Virus record (IMG/VR): IMGVR_UViG_651053001_000005
Span: 1-64,000 of that record
Source of the DNA: an uncultured virus (IMG/VR IMGVR_UViG_651053001_000005)
Lineage: Duplodnaviria > Heunggongvirae > Uroviricota > Caudoviricetes
Length of the DNA: 64,000 nt
Strand: one strand, 5' to 3'
In this document: positions 50,846-59,536 of the stretch, one piece after another
Position numbering within the stretch: position 1 is the first letter of the stretch
Layout of the letters: every line of letters begins with the position of its first letter
The notes under the pieces: model-generated
Databases searched by the model: none
What the model was told of the DNA's origin: nothing
What the model saw: the letters and a program-made list of their open reading frames with translations, nothing else
Translations under genes and position numbers: made by a program

Positions 50846-51220
50846 TTGAATAAAACAATCGGTATTACTGGATTAATCATCAGCATAGTAGTGCAATCAT
50901 TTTCGGCCGATGATTCGTTATCCCACAGGATTGCTACGGGTTTGTTATTTGTATCAATCATCATTTATAATTTTGAACACGCTAAAGATTATTCTAAAAA
51001 GTCACTTGTGATTTTAGGTGTTTCCTTTATCGTTTTTATGCTAGGGATTTATAAACTCCTCTCTTTTACCAGCGATTACTTTGAAAAGCTTAATGTGAAT
51101 TTTGGATACATCCTCTTATTTGAAATAGCACTGATTATTGTATTAGTGTCGATTGCAGTAAACGTAATGAAGTACATTGCGAACCGGTTAAGGAAAACAC
51201 CTGATGGTAAAGAGCTTTGA
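50846..51220 (+). CDS. yoqO: four-TM membrane protein
   Basis: Hydrophobic; plus-strand position as in SPbeta. Confidence 0.7.
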   Translation: MNKTIGITGLIISIVVQSFSADDSLSHRIATGLLFVSIIIYNFEHAKDYSKKSLVILGVSFIVFMLGIYKLLSFTSDYFEKLNVNFGYILLFEIALIIVLVSIAVNVMKYIANRLRKTPDGKEL

Positions 51221-51233
51221 CTCTTTGCCTTTT

Positions 51234-51464
51234 TTAAGCTAAATACTTCTTCTTATGTGGTCTTCTATGTACAAAATCAAATGCTATATCAACCTTTACC
51301 GGTTCCTTCTTCTCTGCTACTCGTTCCGTAACAACAATCAGTTGTCCATTTTCCTGGCGTTCAATGCTATGGACTGAATATCCTTTACCAGCGTAATATT
51401 CACCAATAATCTCATCAACGTGGTTGCTAAGCAGATTCCTCTTTATCACCCTTATAACCTCCAT
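51234..51464 (-). CDS. hypothetical protein
   Basis: ORF track. Confidence 0.65.
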   Translation of the reverse strand: MEVIRVIKRNLLSNHVDEIIGEYYAGKGYSVHSIERQENGQLIVVTERVAEKKEPVKVDIAFDFVHRRPHKKKYLA

Positions 51465-51603
51465 TTATTTTATTTTTACTCTTTAAATATTTATATGTAT
51501 TCCATCCGCAGCCATCAAATATGCTTATATCCGCTCCAAGATGCCATTTAAACCAAACTAAGTTAAACCAGACTGTATCAATTATGTATTTGATGTATCC
51601 TAT
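51427..51603 (-). CDS. 58-aa hypothetical protein with ATA start
   Basis: Open frame (I/M)GYIKYIIDTVWFNLVWFKWH...EESA filling the gap. Confidence 0.45.
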   Translation of the reverse strand: MGYIKYIIDTVWFNLVWFKWHLGADISIFDGCGWNTYKYLKSKNKINGGYKGDKEESA

Positions 51604-51788
51604 GCTAACGACACCCTTTCAACTAACTTATCTTTATCAATATCTTTCTTAAGCATATCCTCAATTTCCTCCAATTTATTAACCACTTCAAATGTAAATT
51701 CATCATCATTTGTATAGCGAATCTGATCACTTGCTTTCTTTACAAGCTCAAGTGCAACTTGTCTTGGGTCTTTATAATTTTCACTCAA
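51600..51788 (-). CDS. hypothetical protein
   Basis: ORF track. Confidence 0.65.
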   Translation of the reverse strand: MSENYKDPRQVALELVKKASDQIRYTNDDEFTFEVVNKLEEIEDMLKKDIDKDKLVERVSLA

Positions 51789-51819
51789 ACTCCCACCTCA
51801 TTTCATTGAAATAATCCTT

Positions 51820-52212
51820 TTACACAAATATTAATGTAGGCTCCTTGTCCTCTTCATATCGTTCGTATCCAATAAAATAATGATCGTAGTCCTTTTGAAT
51901 ATATGATGAAATCCAGTCGATGAATTTTTCAATCTCATCATCGTAGTTTTTTAAATTACATCTAATACTTACATAACAACCACCAACAACAGCGTCATTT
52001 TCAATTTTGCTATGGGTTTTCCCATCGAAATAATAACTATCTGATTGAAGCATCCATTTCCATCTAGTATCTTCAGAAAACAGATTATGTTCTGGCAACT
52101 CACTTGGATGTTCATCTCTTTGACCAGTCATAAACTCTAAAATTTCAATTATTGATCTTGGTGTTTCCTCAATAAGCTTAAAAGCACAAACCAATTCAGT
52201 ATACATTCCCAT
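51820..52212 (-). CDS. conserved phage hypothetical protein
   Basis: MGMYTE..., LKNYD.EIE.F.DWI, G..RYEE. Confidence 0.75.
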   Translation of the reverse strand: MGMYTELVCAFKLIEETPRSIIEILEFMTGQRDEHPSELPEHNLFSEDTRWKWMLQSDSYYFDGKTHSKIENDAVVGGCYVSIRCNLKNYDDEIEKFIDWISSYIQKDYDHYFIGYERYEEDKEPTLIFV

Positions 52213-52244
52213 TAATATATCTCCCTCTCTTTAAAACAGTCTTT

Positions 52245-52439
52245 TTATTGAAAATATTTATCTGATGTGCGGGCCATGTCTTCCCCGCCTAAATAGTTTT
52301 TTATTTCATTTAAGCTATAAATGACCTTATCGAATTTATCCCTAATGTGCAGTGCATATTCAACTGATGAATCAGACATCCCTAATTCCTTTAGATTTGT
52401 GTCTAATTCTTTAAAGTAGCCTTGTAACTTTACGTTCAC
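52245..52439 (-). CDS. hypothetical protein
   Basis: ORF track. Confidence 0.6.
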   Translation of the reverse strand: MNVKLQGYFKELDTNLKELGMSDSSVEYALHIRDKFDKVIYSLNEIKNYLGGEDMARTSDKYFQ

Positions 52440-52487
52440 TAAAAACTCTCCTTTTTTATTGAATTCTTTTCTTATTAAACTTCAATT

Positions 52488-52751
52488 TTATTTTGATTTA
52501 ATCTCAACAATTAGACTGTCAGGATAGTTCTTCAAATCAAGTGCGTTTACATGACAGTGACCTACATATCCTTCTTTATCAACGTAATTATAATAAAACT
52601 TTTCCCCATTATTAATGATAACTTCACCCTGATGTGTATACTCCATCTCTGATCCCTTGTACCATGTTACTTTAACTTTTGTGCCAGGTATGATTTTATT
52701 TAAATCAAATATTGTTATTTCTTTTAGCAAAATCATTTCCTCCATTTCCAT
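52488..52751 (-). CDS. hypothetical protein
   Basis: ORF track; start uncertain. Confidence 0.6.
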   Translation of the reverse strand: MEMEEMILLKEITIFDLNKIIPGTKVKVTWYKGSEMEYTHQGEVIINNGEKFYYNYVDKEGYVGHCHVNALDLKNYPDSLIVEIKSK

Positions 52752-52777
52752 TTTCCACTCTCTATAAAATTTTACTT

Positions 52778-53128
52778 TTATCCAAACTGCTTTCTCCAAG
52801 GGACGTTGCCCACAACACTGTGATCAAGCATTTCTTCGCAACTTTTACACAGGGTTGATTTTGTTATTGTCATATGGAAGGAGTCCCACTTACCACAACA
52901 GTGACACGTATTCTCAAATGCTGCTGATTCCTTCTGTTTTTTTCTTTCAGAGCCGTTGCCAGTTAACAATAGGCCGTTACTATAAAGGTCGTTCTGTCTT
53001 ACTTCTGCTTCTACACTCCATGGGTATATTCGCTTCTTTAAGTGCCTTTGCACTAACGACTCGCTTCGGCTATTTCCAATCTTCATGAACTCTCTATTTG
53101 CAGTAAGGTCAACTGTTCTTTTCATCAC
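52778..53128 (-). CDS. Cys-rich hypothetical protein
   Basis: CHCC..CKSC. Confidence 0.7.
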   Translation of the reverse strand: MMKRTVDLTANREFMKIGNSRSESLVQRHLKKRIYPWSVEAEVRQNDLYSNGLLLTGNGSERKKQKESAAFENTCHCCGKWDSFHMTITKSTLCKSCEEMLDHSVVGNVPWRKQFG

Positions 53129-53856
53129 TTCGGCCTTTTGAACAGCTTTTTAAACCAATTTTCTTTTTCATTAACCATTACAAATCCGGGATTATTCATC
53201 CTAAACCCATTTCCTGTCTTGTCCATGTTGTTTAACTGCTTCTTCAATTGCTCAATATCTTGGGGTGTATTGATGGTCATTGCAATATTTGATTCTTTTA
53301 CTTCCTGCACTTTGGAAATCATCTTATCTAAAGTGAGATCACATTACTCATCTTCGCAGTCGCCTATGAAATAAAAACGTTCAATTAAAGTACCACTCGA
53401 CTCATCTTGAAAAGTGCCGAATAAAATTGGATCCTTATCTCTCCGTTCTTTTTTGATCTGCCTTTCAACCTTCCCCGTATAATCTGTAAACACCACATAA
53501 AACCGATCCAATTTGTCTTTCACTTTGTTGTATTTAATGATTACATCATCAGGGATTTCACGTTCGTAATTTTCAAGCTCAATAATTTTGACAGTATCTT
53601 TTGCAATGTTATCTATGTATTCTTCAATGTCATATCGATAAACAAACGTATCAATGCCAAGCTTTACAATCTCGCGTTCTTTTTCAATTGATTCTAAGTG
53701 GAATATCAGTTTCTTTGCAGCTTTAATTTGATTAGTTTGCTTATACTTATTGAGTAACCAGCAATTGTCGTAATATCTTTGAAGTTCTTTGTCTGTAACC
53801 TTATTTTTCTTTGATTTAATCATGTCAAAATATTGATTTGGTTGTAAAACTTCCAT
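53125..53856 (-). pseudogene. gene split by an in-frame TAA at 53344-53346
   Basis: ...GDCEDE*CDLTLDKMISKVQ... is one continuous frame. Confidence 0.65.
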
Positions 53857-53872
53857 CTTTTCACTCCTTTAC

Positions 53873-54109
53873 TTAATCTAATTCCCTCATGTCCTCCCGC
53901 TGCTCAATATAACTTTTAAAGTCCTCCCATTCCCTATCGATTTCTTTAATATTCCTAGCAATATAGCTTTCTGCAATGTCTGGATCAACCAACTTTTGAA
54001 GAGACAGCTGATACATAAATTCAATCTTTGACACTGTTTCTAGAAATGACTGGGCATAACTTTTTGCTCTATTTAAGCGATATTGACTCATTCCATGTTT
54101 TGATTCCAT
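53873..54109 (-). CDS. hypothetical protein
   Basis: ORF track, AAGGAG RBS. Confidence 0.65.
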   Translation of the reverse strand: MESKHGMSQYRLNRAKSYAQSFLETVSKIEFMYQLSLQKLVDPDIAESYIARNIKEIDREWEDFKSYIEQREDMRELD

Positions 54110-54149
54110 TATTATTCTCACTCCTTTTAATCACATTAAAATGCATCTT

Positions 54150-54668
54150 TTATTTAGTTCCATTGGTGATTTCTTTTTCTAATAACGTTTGCACTCTCTT
54201 AATCTCTTCAATGGAATGTACAGTACCTCCGGTGTTTAATTCAATATACCATTGAAGAACATCTGCTTTAGTTGGGAGATCATTAATGACAAACTCCAAA
54301 CTGATTAAATTGCTCAAAGTGTCTTCAAACTGATTGTAAAAGTGATCAAATGCTTTGATTTCATTGTTTAGGAACCTCAAACATGCCGTTATCCTTTGTA
54401 AACCATCCACACATACAAAGTCTCCTTGAAAATCCCTCATCCATCCTTTTTGGTTAAGGAAAATGGGATTTGTTTTACCTCCTTTTAAAAGATGTTCTAC
54501 AAATTTAATTTGCTGCTCTTCAGTCCATACATGCCCTCTTTGAAAATCAGGGTTAAGTTGTAGACCTTCCTCAATATATCTTTCAATTGCACTTTTAAAA
54601 TGCCTTAATGAGTGATGAACTCTATAACTGCCGTCTTTTGTGTATGGCACTATATCTTTGAACTTCAT
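54150..54668 (-). CDS. stand-alone DUF262 (ParB/Srx-fold, GmrS-like) protein
   Basis: P.FQRG.VW, VDGLQR, LN.GG. Confidence 0.85.
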   Translation of the reverse strand: MKFKDIVPYTKDGSYRVHHSLRHFKSAIERYIEEGLQLNPDFQRGHVWTEEQQIKFVEHLLKGGKTNPIFLNQKGWMRDFQGDFVCVDGLQRITACLRFLNNEIKAFDHFYNQFEDTLSNLISLEFVINDLPTKADVLQWYIELNTGGTVHSIEEIKRVQTLLEKEITNGTK

Positions 54669-54835
54669 TCCACGTCCTCCTTCTTTTCACCGACCCGATC
54701 AATGAAAATATGTTCGTAATCTTCATGTGCTTCATCATAATGACCGAGGATGAACCTTACACACTCTGCGTTGTCTCCCGACTGAAAAACGGTTTCATTA
54801 TTTCTTTCATCATAAACACGATATTTTTCACTCAT
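54665..54835 (-). CDS. 56-aa acidic protein MSEKYRVYDE...
   Basis: ATGA coupling at both ends. Confidence 0.65.
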   Translation of the reverse strand: MSEKYRVYDERNNETVFQSGDNAECVRFILGHYDEAHEDYEHIFIDRVGEKKEDVE

Positions 54836-55236
54836 TCCGCACCCTCCAATAACTCAGGATTTTCAAAAACGTTTCCGACAACCTCAATTTCATCAAGTCG
54901 ATACCATAAGAATCTATCCAATTGGCCCTTTTTGCTGACATGGTTCATTCTGTCGATACCTTTCCGTCTCTCAATAACATAACGGTCAACAACATTTTCT
55001 TTGAGTAAAGGATTCATATACGATTCCTCAGTAATATCCTTTTGGTATATATCCTTCCCTTTCTTGTCCTGTAGCCCTGTTCCCCACATGAGAACAGCGC
55101 AAGCTGTTTTATTGCTCGTGATGAATTTTCCTTTGCGGTATAAATACCAATTTCCATCTTCAATATTCAGGCTTATCCCCTCGTCATCCCAATGATGCAT
55201 TTTCTCGCCGTCCCACACTCTGTGCGCTGTGTTCAT
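54832..55236 (-). CDS. yopX: YopX-family protein
   Basis: RVWD, TGL.DK.GKDIY..DI, EVVGNVFENPELL. Confidence 0.9.
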   Translation of the reverse strand: MNTAHRVWDGEKMHHWDDEGISLNIEDGNWYLYRKGKFITSNKTACAVLMWGTGLQDKKGKDIYQKDITEESYMNPLLKENVVDRYVIERRKGIDRMNHVSKKGQLDRFLWYRLDEIEVVGNVFENPELLEGAE

Positions 55237-55514
55237 AATTTCCGTGCCTCCTTTGGGTTTTCGTCACACATTTCTTTTAGTGCCTCCACAAATTCTTTTT
55301 CACACATATTCAACGGCGTATACCACTTTATCACTTCATGAAACGGATGGAGATAATTTACCAATGTATCTTCAGCATCTTCCTTTCCTTTTGTTGTCCC
55401 AGTGAAATTATTCAAATAGTCTTCACGCGTCATATTTATGTGCGTCGGACAGTCAACCACTGAACTAAATCGGCAGTACCGTCCATTCGGCTGCTTAGCG
55501 ATTAATGCGCCCAT
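55233..55514 (-). CDS. conserved phage hypothetical protein
   Basis: QPNG.YCRFSSVVDCPTH.NMT. Confidence 0.75.
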   Translation of the reverse strand: MGALIAKQPNGRYCRFSSVVDCPTHINMTREDYLNNFTGTTKGKEDAEDTLVNYLHPFHEVIKWYTPLNMCEKEFVEALKEMCDENPKEARKL

Positions 55515-55546
55515 GTTATTCCCCCTTATCTTAATCTCTATAAAAC

Positions 55547-55771
55547 TTACATTTTATTTTTATTCTTAAAATAACCGTGCTGATTTACAACATCTCCAAG
55601 TATGTATTGTATTTCCTCTAAATTGTCTTTAACGAAATCTAGATCTCCAATTGCCATTCTGATTTCATTATTCTCTATGCTGCGTAAAGACCTTTCACAT
55701 GATACTAAGAGCTTTGTATATTTCCTTAAAACCATAGTTCTTATTTGATCGTTAATTGGTTCATTAATCAA
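55547..55771 (-). CDS. hypothetical protein
   Basis: ORF track; first gene after the SPBRE promoter. Confidence 0.65.
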   Translation of the reverse strand: MINEPINDQIRTMVLRKYTKLLVSCERSLRSIENNEIRMAIGDLDFVKDNLEEIQYILGDVVNQHGYFKNKNKM

Positions 55772-55806
55772 TAATTAAAGCTATCTCCTTTCCTGATTCT
55801 AATTTG

Positions 55807-55860
55807 ATTATATAACCTCAACCATATGTTGTAAATACTTATTTTATTTTTACTCTAAAT
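55807..55860 (-). promoter_or_regulatory. sigma-A promoter with SPBRE-like element
   Basis: TTTACA-N17-TATAAT preceded by TTTAGAGTAAAAATAAAATA. Confidence 0.8.
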
Positions 55861-55879
55861 AATTTTAAAAAGATCAGCT

Positions 55880-56125
55880 TTACTCATACTGTAAAGCTGC
55901 TGTCTTCATAAACGTCTTCATGCCGTCCAGTTTCCAAAGAGTTTCATTTATTTTATCTCTAAATTCTAAAACTGAAGCATGATCCATTCTAATCCTCAAA
56001 CAATCCCCATTGTTTTTAAAGATAATGTCTATGTAGTACTCTCCACTTTGTATGTTCTTAGAACCAACACTCATGGAAACTGATCTCATAATGTCTTTCA
56101 AGTCAATTTCAAGATTAAAATCCAT
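55880..56125 (-). CDS. hypothetical protein
   Basis: ORF track. Confidence 0.65.
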   Translation of the reverse strand: MDFNLEIDLKDIMRSVSMSVGSKNIQSGEYYIDIIFKNNGDCLRIRMDHASVLEFRDKINETLWKLDGMKTFMKTAALQYE

Positions 56126-56199
56126 TGTATGCTCCAGTCTGACTAAAAAGTCACCAATTTTTTATGTCTCATGATGACTGGCAAGATGTGTATGTGAGT

Positions 56200-56499
56200 T
56201 TATTTTATTGATAACAGTTGAGAAGATTTATAGCCATCATTTTCAAACGAATCGTCTATTTCTTCGGCATAAGAGGTTGTTATTTCAGCATCCTCTGTAC
56301 ACATGATGTCTACATCAAATAGTGCCTCATATTTTTCTTGATCTTTTTGAAGAAACCCCATTTTCCCTGTTTTATTTCTTAATTTCTTTTTAATTGATTG
56401 ATATGCGAACAAAAGTGCTTCCTCTTCATTCTTGGCTTTTATTCTGCCGAAAAAAGGAATGCACAGCTCCCCTTGAATGAAATAATCCTTTTCTGACAT
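56200..56499 (-). CDS. LexA-box-preceded protein with acidic C-terminus, candidate antirepressor
   Basis: Start MSEKDY; directly downstream of a promoter and LexA box. Confidence 0.55.
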   Translation of the reverse strand: MSEKDYFIQGELCIPFFGRIKAKNEEEALLFAYQSIKKKLRNKTGKMGFLQKDQEKYEALFDVDIMCTEDAEITTSYAEEIDDSFENDGYKSSQLLSIK

Positions 56500-56528
56500 A
56501 CGTTTCCCTCTCTCTGGTAGCAATTAAC

Positions 56529-56586
56529 CGAACTTACGTTCCCTTTTTGTTAACTTAATTATAACCTTTTACCTAGTTAGTGGCAA
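56529..56586 (-). promoter_or_regulatory. sigma-A promoter with downstream LexA (Cheo) box
   Basis: TTGCCA-N17-TATAAT (56586-56558); CGAAC-TTAC-GTTCC at 56529-56542. Confidence 0.75.
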
Positions 56587-56663
56587 ATCTTTTTTCTTTC
56601 ATTTAAAAACTTGGAAAGAATTGATATAGTATGATAAGCAATACTATAACAGGAGGTTGTCCG

Positions 56664-56885
56664 ATGCTTGAGGTTGAAATCGGACAATGTTTGATTTCCA
56701 TTCTCCTCGAAAGTAAAGGAATGTCATTAGGAGAACTTTCAAAGCGAACAGGCATTAGTACGCAAAGATTAAGTGACTATGCAAACGGCTTTAGACCTTC
56801 TATGAATATAAAAACAGCGAAAATCATTGCTATTGCCCTTAACTGTTCAATTGAAGATCTCTATGAATGGAAAATCAAACATTGA
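56664..56885 (+). CDS. yopS: XRE-family HTH regulator
   Basis: AGGAGG RBS; HTH; convergent with yopR. Confidence 0.8.
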   Translation: MLEVEIGQCLISILLESKGMSLGELSKRTGISTQRLSDYANGFRPSMNIKTAKIIAIALNCSIEDLYEWKIKH

Positions 56886-57106
56886 CTTTATCGCTAGGGA
56901 GTTTGGCCTAGCGAACCTCCTTGTACCCTTTTTAGGGTATAGAACTATTTTACTGCATATGTACAAATTTGTCTCTGTCTAACTTTGTCGAATTCTGAAA
57001 AATGTGAACAAAATCCTGATATTTTTCGAAAAAATATCACGAGTTTATCCGCACGTGTTTTATTTTTACTCTAAAAGTTATGTAAAGATAATCCCTGCAA
57101 CAGGGA

Positions 57107-58090
57107 TTAAGAATTATTCTCAATTACTTCAGACTTGATACAATATTTTTCTAAGTTATCCATATTCACTACTTTCCTCAGTGATTGTGAATTAAACTCC
57201 GCGTCTTCATTCAGAAACCCGTATTGTCGAGTTATTTTTTTATAATCAGGTACTTTTAATTCACCCTTCTCTTTGTATATCTCATACGCCATGTTGAGCT
57301 TTCCTGAGTTGATGAGATTCTTGGGTGAAAAGAAGGGTTCTTCTAAAAATTTTTGAAACTGACTAAAAGATCGGTGAACTAAAAATTTATCAGCTTTCAT
57401 ACTCTGATTAGAACTCTTATATTTTAGCCTAAAAATGTTTTCGCTTTTAACTAATGTAGCAAATTTGTTTTTAAGTCCACTCTCTGGCGAACCATTGCTA
57501 AGATGATATGTTGTTTGATCATTAGCGCGCTTAAGCAACTCATAACATTTATCGCTTACAGTAATTATTCTTACACCATGTTTATCATCTACCAGCTTTA
57601 CCTTGTTATCATCAAGTAAATCGTCACCTGTTAAATTCAGTAACTCTGAATGCTGATAACCATCTATACCTTCATAAATAGCCTGTATCATCGCTTTATC
57701 CTGATCATTAACCATAAAATCAACATATTCTTCTACTTCTTTATTGGTGAATAGTGTTTTTTTGTTTTTATCTATAAACTGCTTTAAGTCACCATCCTGT
57801 ATCTGATACACTTTGTTGATGTTACTGTTTGCCAAGCCATTTTCCATTGCCCATGTTGTGTATTGTCCAATTACAGCTCTTGCTCCTCTTAGTGAATCTA
57901 TAGATTTACTATCTAAATCTAAAAATAACGTACGCAGCTCTTCCAAAGAAAAATTAAATATGTCTTTTTGAAGTATTTTTTCTGTAGCTGAGAAATCCCT
58001 TAGCCTTAGCCAATAGTGGTTTCTTGTTGCTTCACTTTCGTATTTCTCTAAAAACTTTTCCTTCAATTCAGCATTATACATTTCACTCAT
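57107..58090 (-). CDS. yopR: integrase-fold master repressor (MrpR/SroF)
   Basis: MYN.ELKEKFL N-terminus; integrase-like, lacking the R/HxxR catalytic motifs; synteny. Confidence 0.85.
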   Translation of the reverse strand: MSEMYNAELKEKFLEKYESEATRNHYWLRLRDFSATEKILQKDIFNFSLEELRTLFLDLDSKSIDSLRGARAVIGQYTTWAMENGLANSNINKVYQIQDGDLKQFIDKNKKTLFTNKEVEEYVDFMVNDQDKAMIQAIYEGIDGYQHSELLNLTGDDLLDDNKVKLVDDKHGVRIITVSDKCYELLKRANDQTTYHLSNGSPESGLKNKFATLVKSENIFRLKYKSSNQSMKADKFLVHRSFSQFQKFLEEPFFSPKNLINSGKLNMAYEIYKEKGELKVPDYKKITRQYGFLNEDAEFNSQSLRKVVNMDNLEKYCIKSEVIENNS

Positions 58091-58110
58091 ATTAAATTCT
58101 CCTTTAGGCT

Positions 58111-59460
58111 TTAAACAACAGCAATTTCATCATAAAATATTCGCTTAAGTTTCTTCTTCATAACATTCTTTAGTTGATTTTCATTATTTTGTCTTCCTAA
58201 TTCTTCAAACACTCTTCCGCTTTTACTAAAGTCAATCGTATTAAGGATATTTTCAAGCTTGTTTAGTTCTACATTGTTTTCCTTCATCTTCTTGGCCAAA
58301 TAAACATAACCGTAAAACATTACGTTATGGTTAATGTATGATTGCTTTCTAATGGACGATAAATCATCTTCAAGAAATTCATCTGGGAAGGCATAAAAAA
58401 GGTTATCGAAAAAGTCTACCAAGTATTTCGCAATTTTCAACGCATCTTTTCGAGATTTCAACTCAAATGCATCGTCTATAGCTTCCGATAAAGTATAATA
58501 TGTCACAAGAAAATTGCTATCGATACCAATTTCACTTTGTGGGCTTATTTTATTTTTAAGTTCACTTTTAAATTTCAGCTGCTCGACAACGGTTGAAGAA
58601 TACCGTTTTTGTCCCAATTCTTCAATTCTGGATTTTTCAACTGGGTTTATGGTATTCATTTGAGCAAAGTGAACCTTAGCCTTTTCTTCATCGTAATTGA
58701 GCACATTTAAAATGAATGGTTGATCTAATTCAGGGACTTCAGCAATGGCCTTAACAATACCTGAAATTCGATGATATCCATCAAGAGCATCTAATAAGGT
58801 TCCTCGTGTTACAGTGAGGGATTGGTCGCTTGGATCATATTCAACTTCTTCATCACCATCAGATGTTCCAAGACGAGCGTTAAAAGTTAACATTGATACA
58901 ATTAAATCGCCTTTAATAAACAATTCTTTGATCTCATCAACTGATTTAGGGTTTGTTTTAGGTACAGGAATAAGGCTACCCTTAATGTACTTTCCTTCAC
59001 GCTGAGTGTTGTAATTGTACTGCAGGATGGAGCTATTATATAACTCACTCAGTTCTTTGGCAGTAATGGAAGTGACATAGTTATCCTCTTTAATTTTAAT
59101 CACATTTTTAAACTTGTATGGGAGCTTAACTACTTCTTCACCGGCGAATACCCTCCCACCTTCAAGCTCTTTTGCCAATCTGGTTGGAAAATAATTTGAC
59201 GGATCTAAGGCTTGCGTCCCAAGAATTGAATACATCTCTTTTGAAACAATGTACACTTCTTTTTCGTTTAAACGCTGTACGTTGTTATCATTATTATTTA
59301 AAATTTCTTGGATATAACCAGGGAGTGCCTTGTATTTGTCCGCCATTGTGGCTTTTAATTCCTTCACCATATTGGGATCATTTTTAATATCATTAAGATT
59401 TTCCTCTATTTCAGTTTTTAACTTATAAAGTTTATCCGTTGTCAACAAAACTTCAGACAC
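58111..59460 (-). CDS. yopQ: DndB/ParB-like DGxHR protein (SroE)
   Basis: YN.NTQR, LDGYHR, F.Q.N; synteny. Confidence 0.8.
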   Translation of the reverse strand: MSEVLLTTDKLYKLKTEIEENLNDIKNDPNMVKELKATMADKYKALPGYIQEILNNNDNNVQRLNEKEVYIVSKEMYSILGTQALDPSNYFPTRLAKELEGGRVFAGEEVVKLPYKFKNVIKIKEDNYVTSITAKELSELYNSSILQYNYNTQREGKYIKGSLIPVPKTNPKSVDEIKELFIKGDLIVSMLTFNARLGTSDGDEEVEYDPSDQSLTVTRGTLLDALDGYHRISGIVKAIAEVPELDQPFILNVLNYDEEKAKVHFAQMNTINPVEKSRIEELGQKRYSSTVVEQLKFKSELKNKISPQSEIGIDSNFLVTYYTLSEAIDDAFELKSRKDALKIAKYLVDFFDNLFYAFPDEFLEDDLSSIRKQSYINHNVMFYGYVYLAKKMKENNVELNKLENILNTIDFSKSGRVFEELGRQNNENQLKNVMKKKLKRIFYDEIAVV

Positions 59461-59536
59461 ATTATCACCTCACATAATCATATTAAATTTATCATTATTT
59501 TCATAAGCAAGTAAAGCTTTTATATGATTATTTGTA

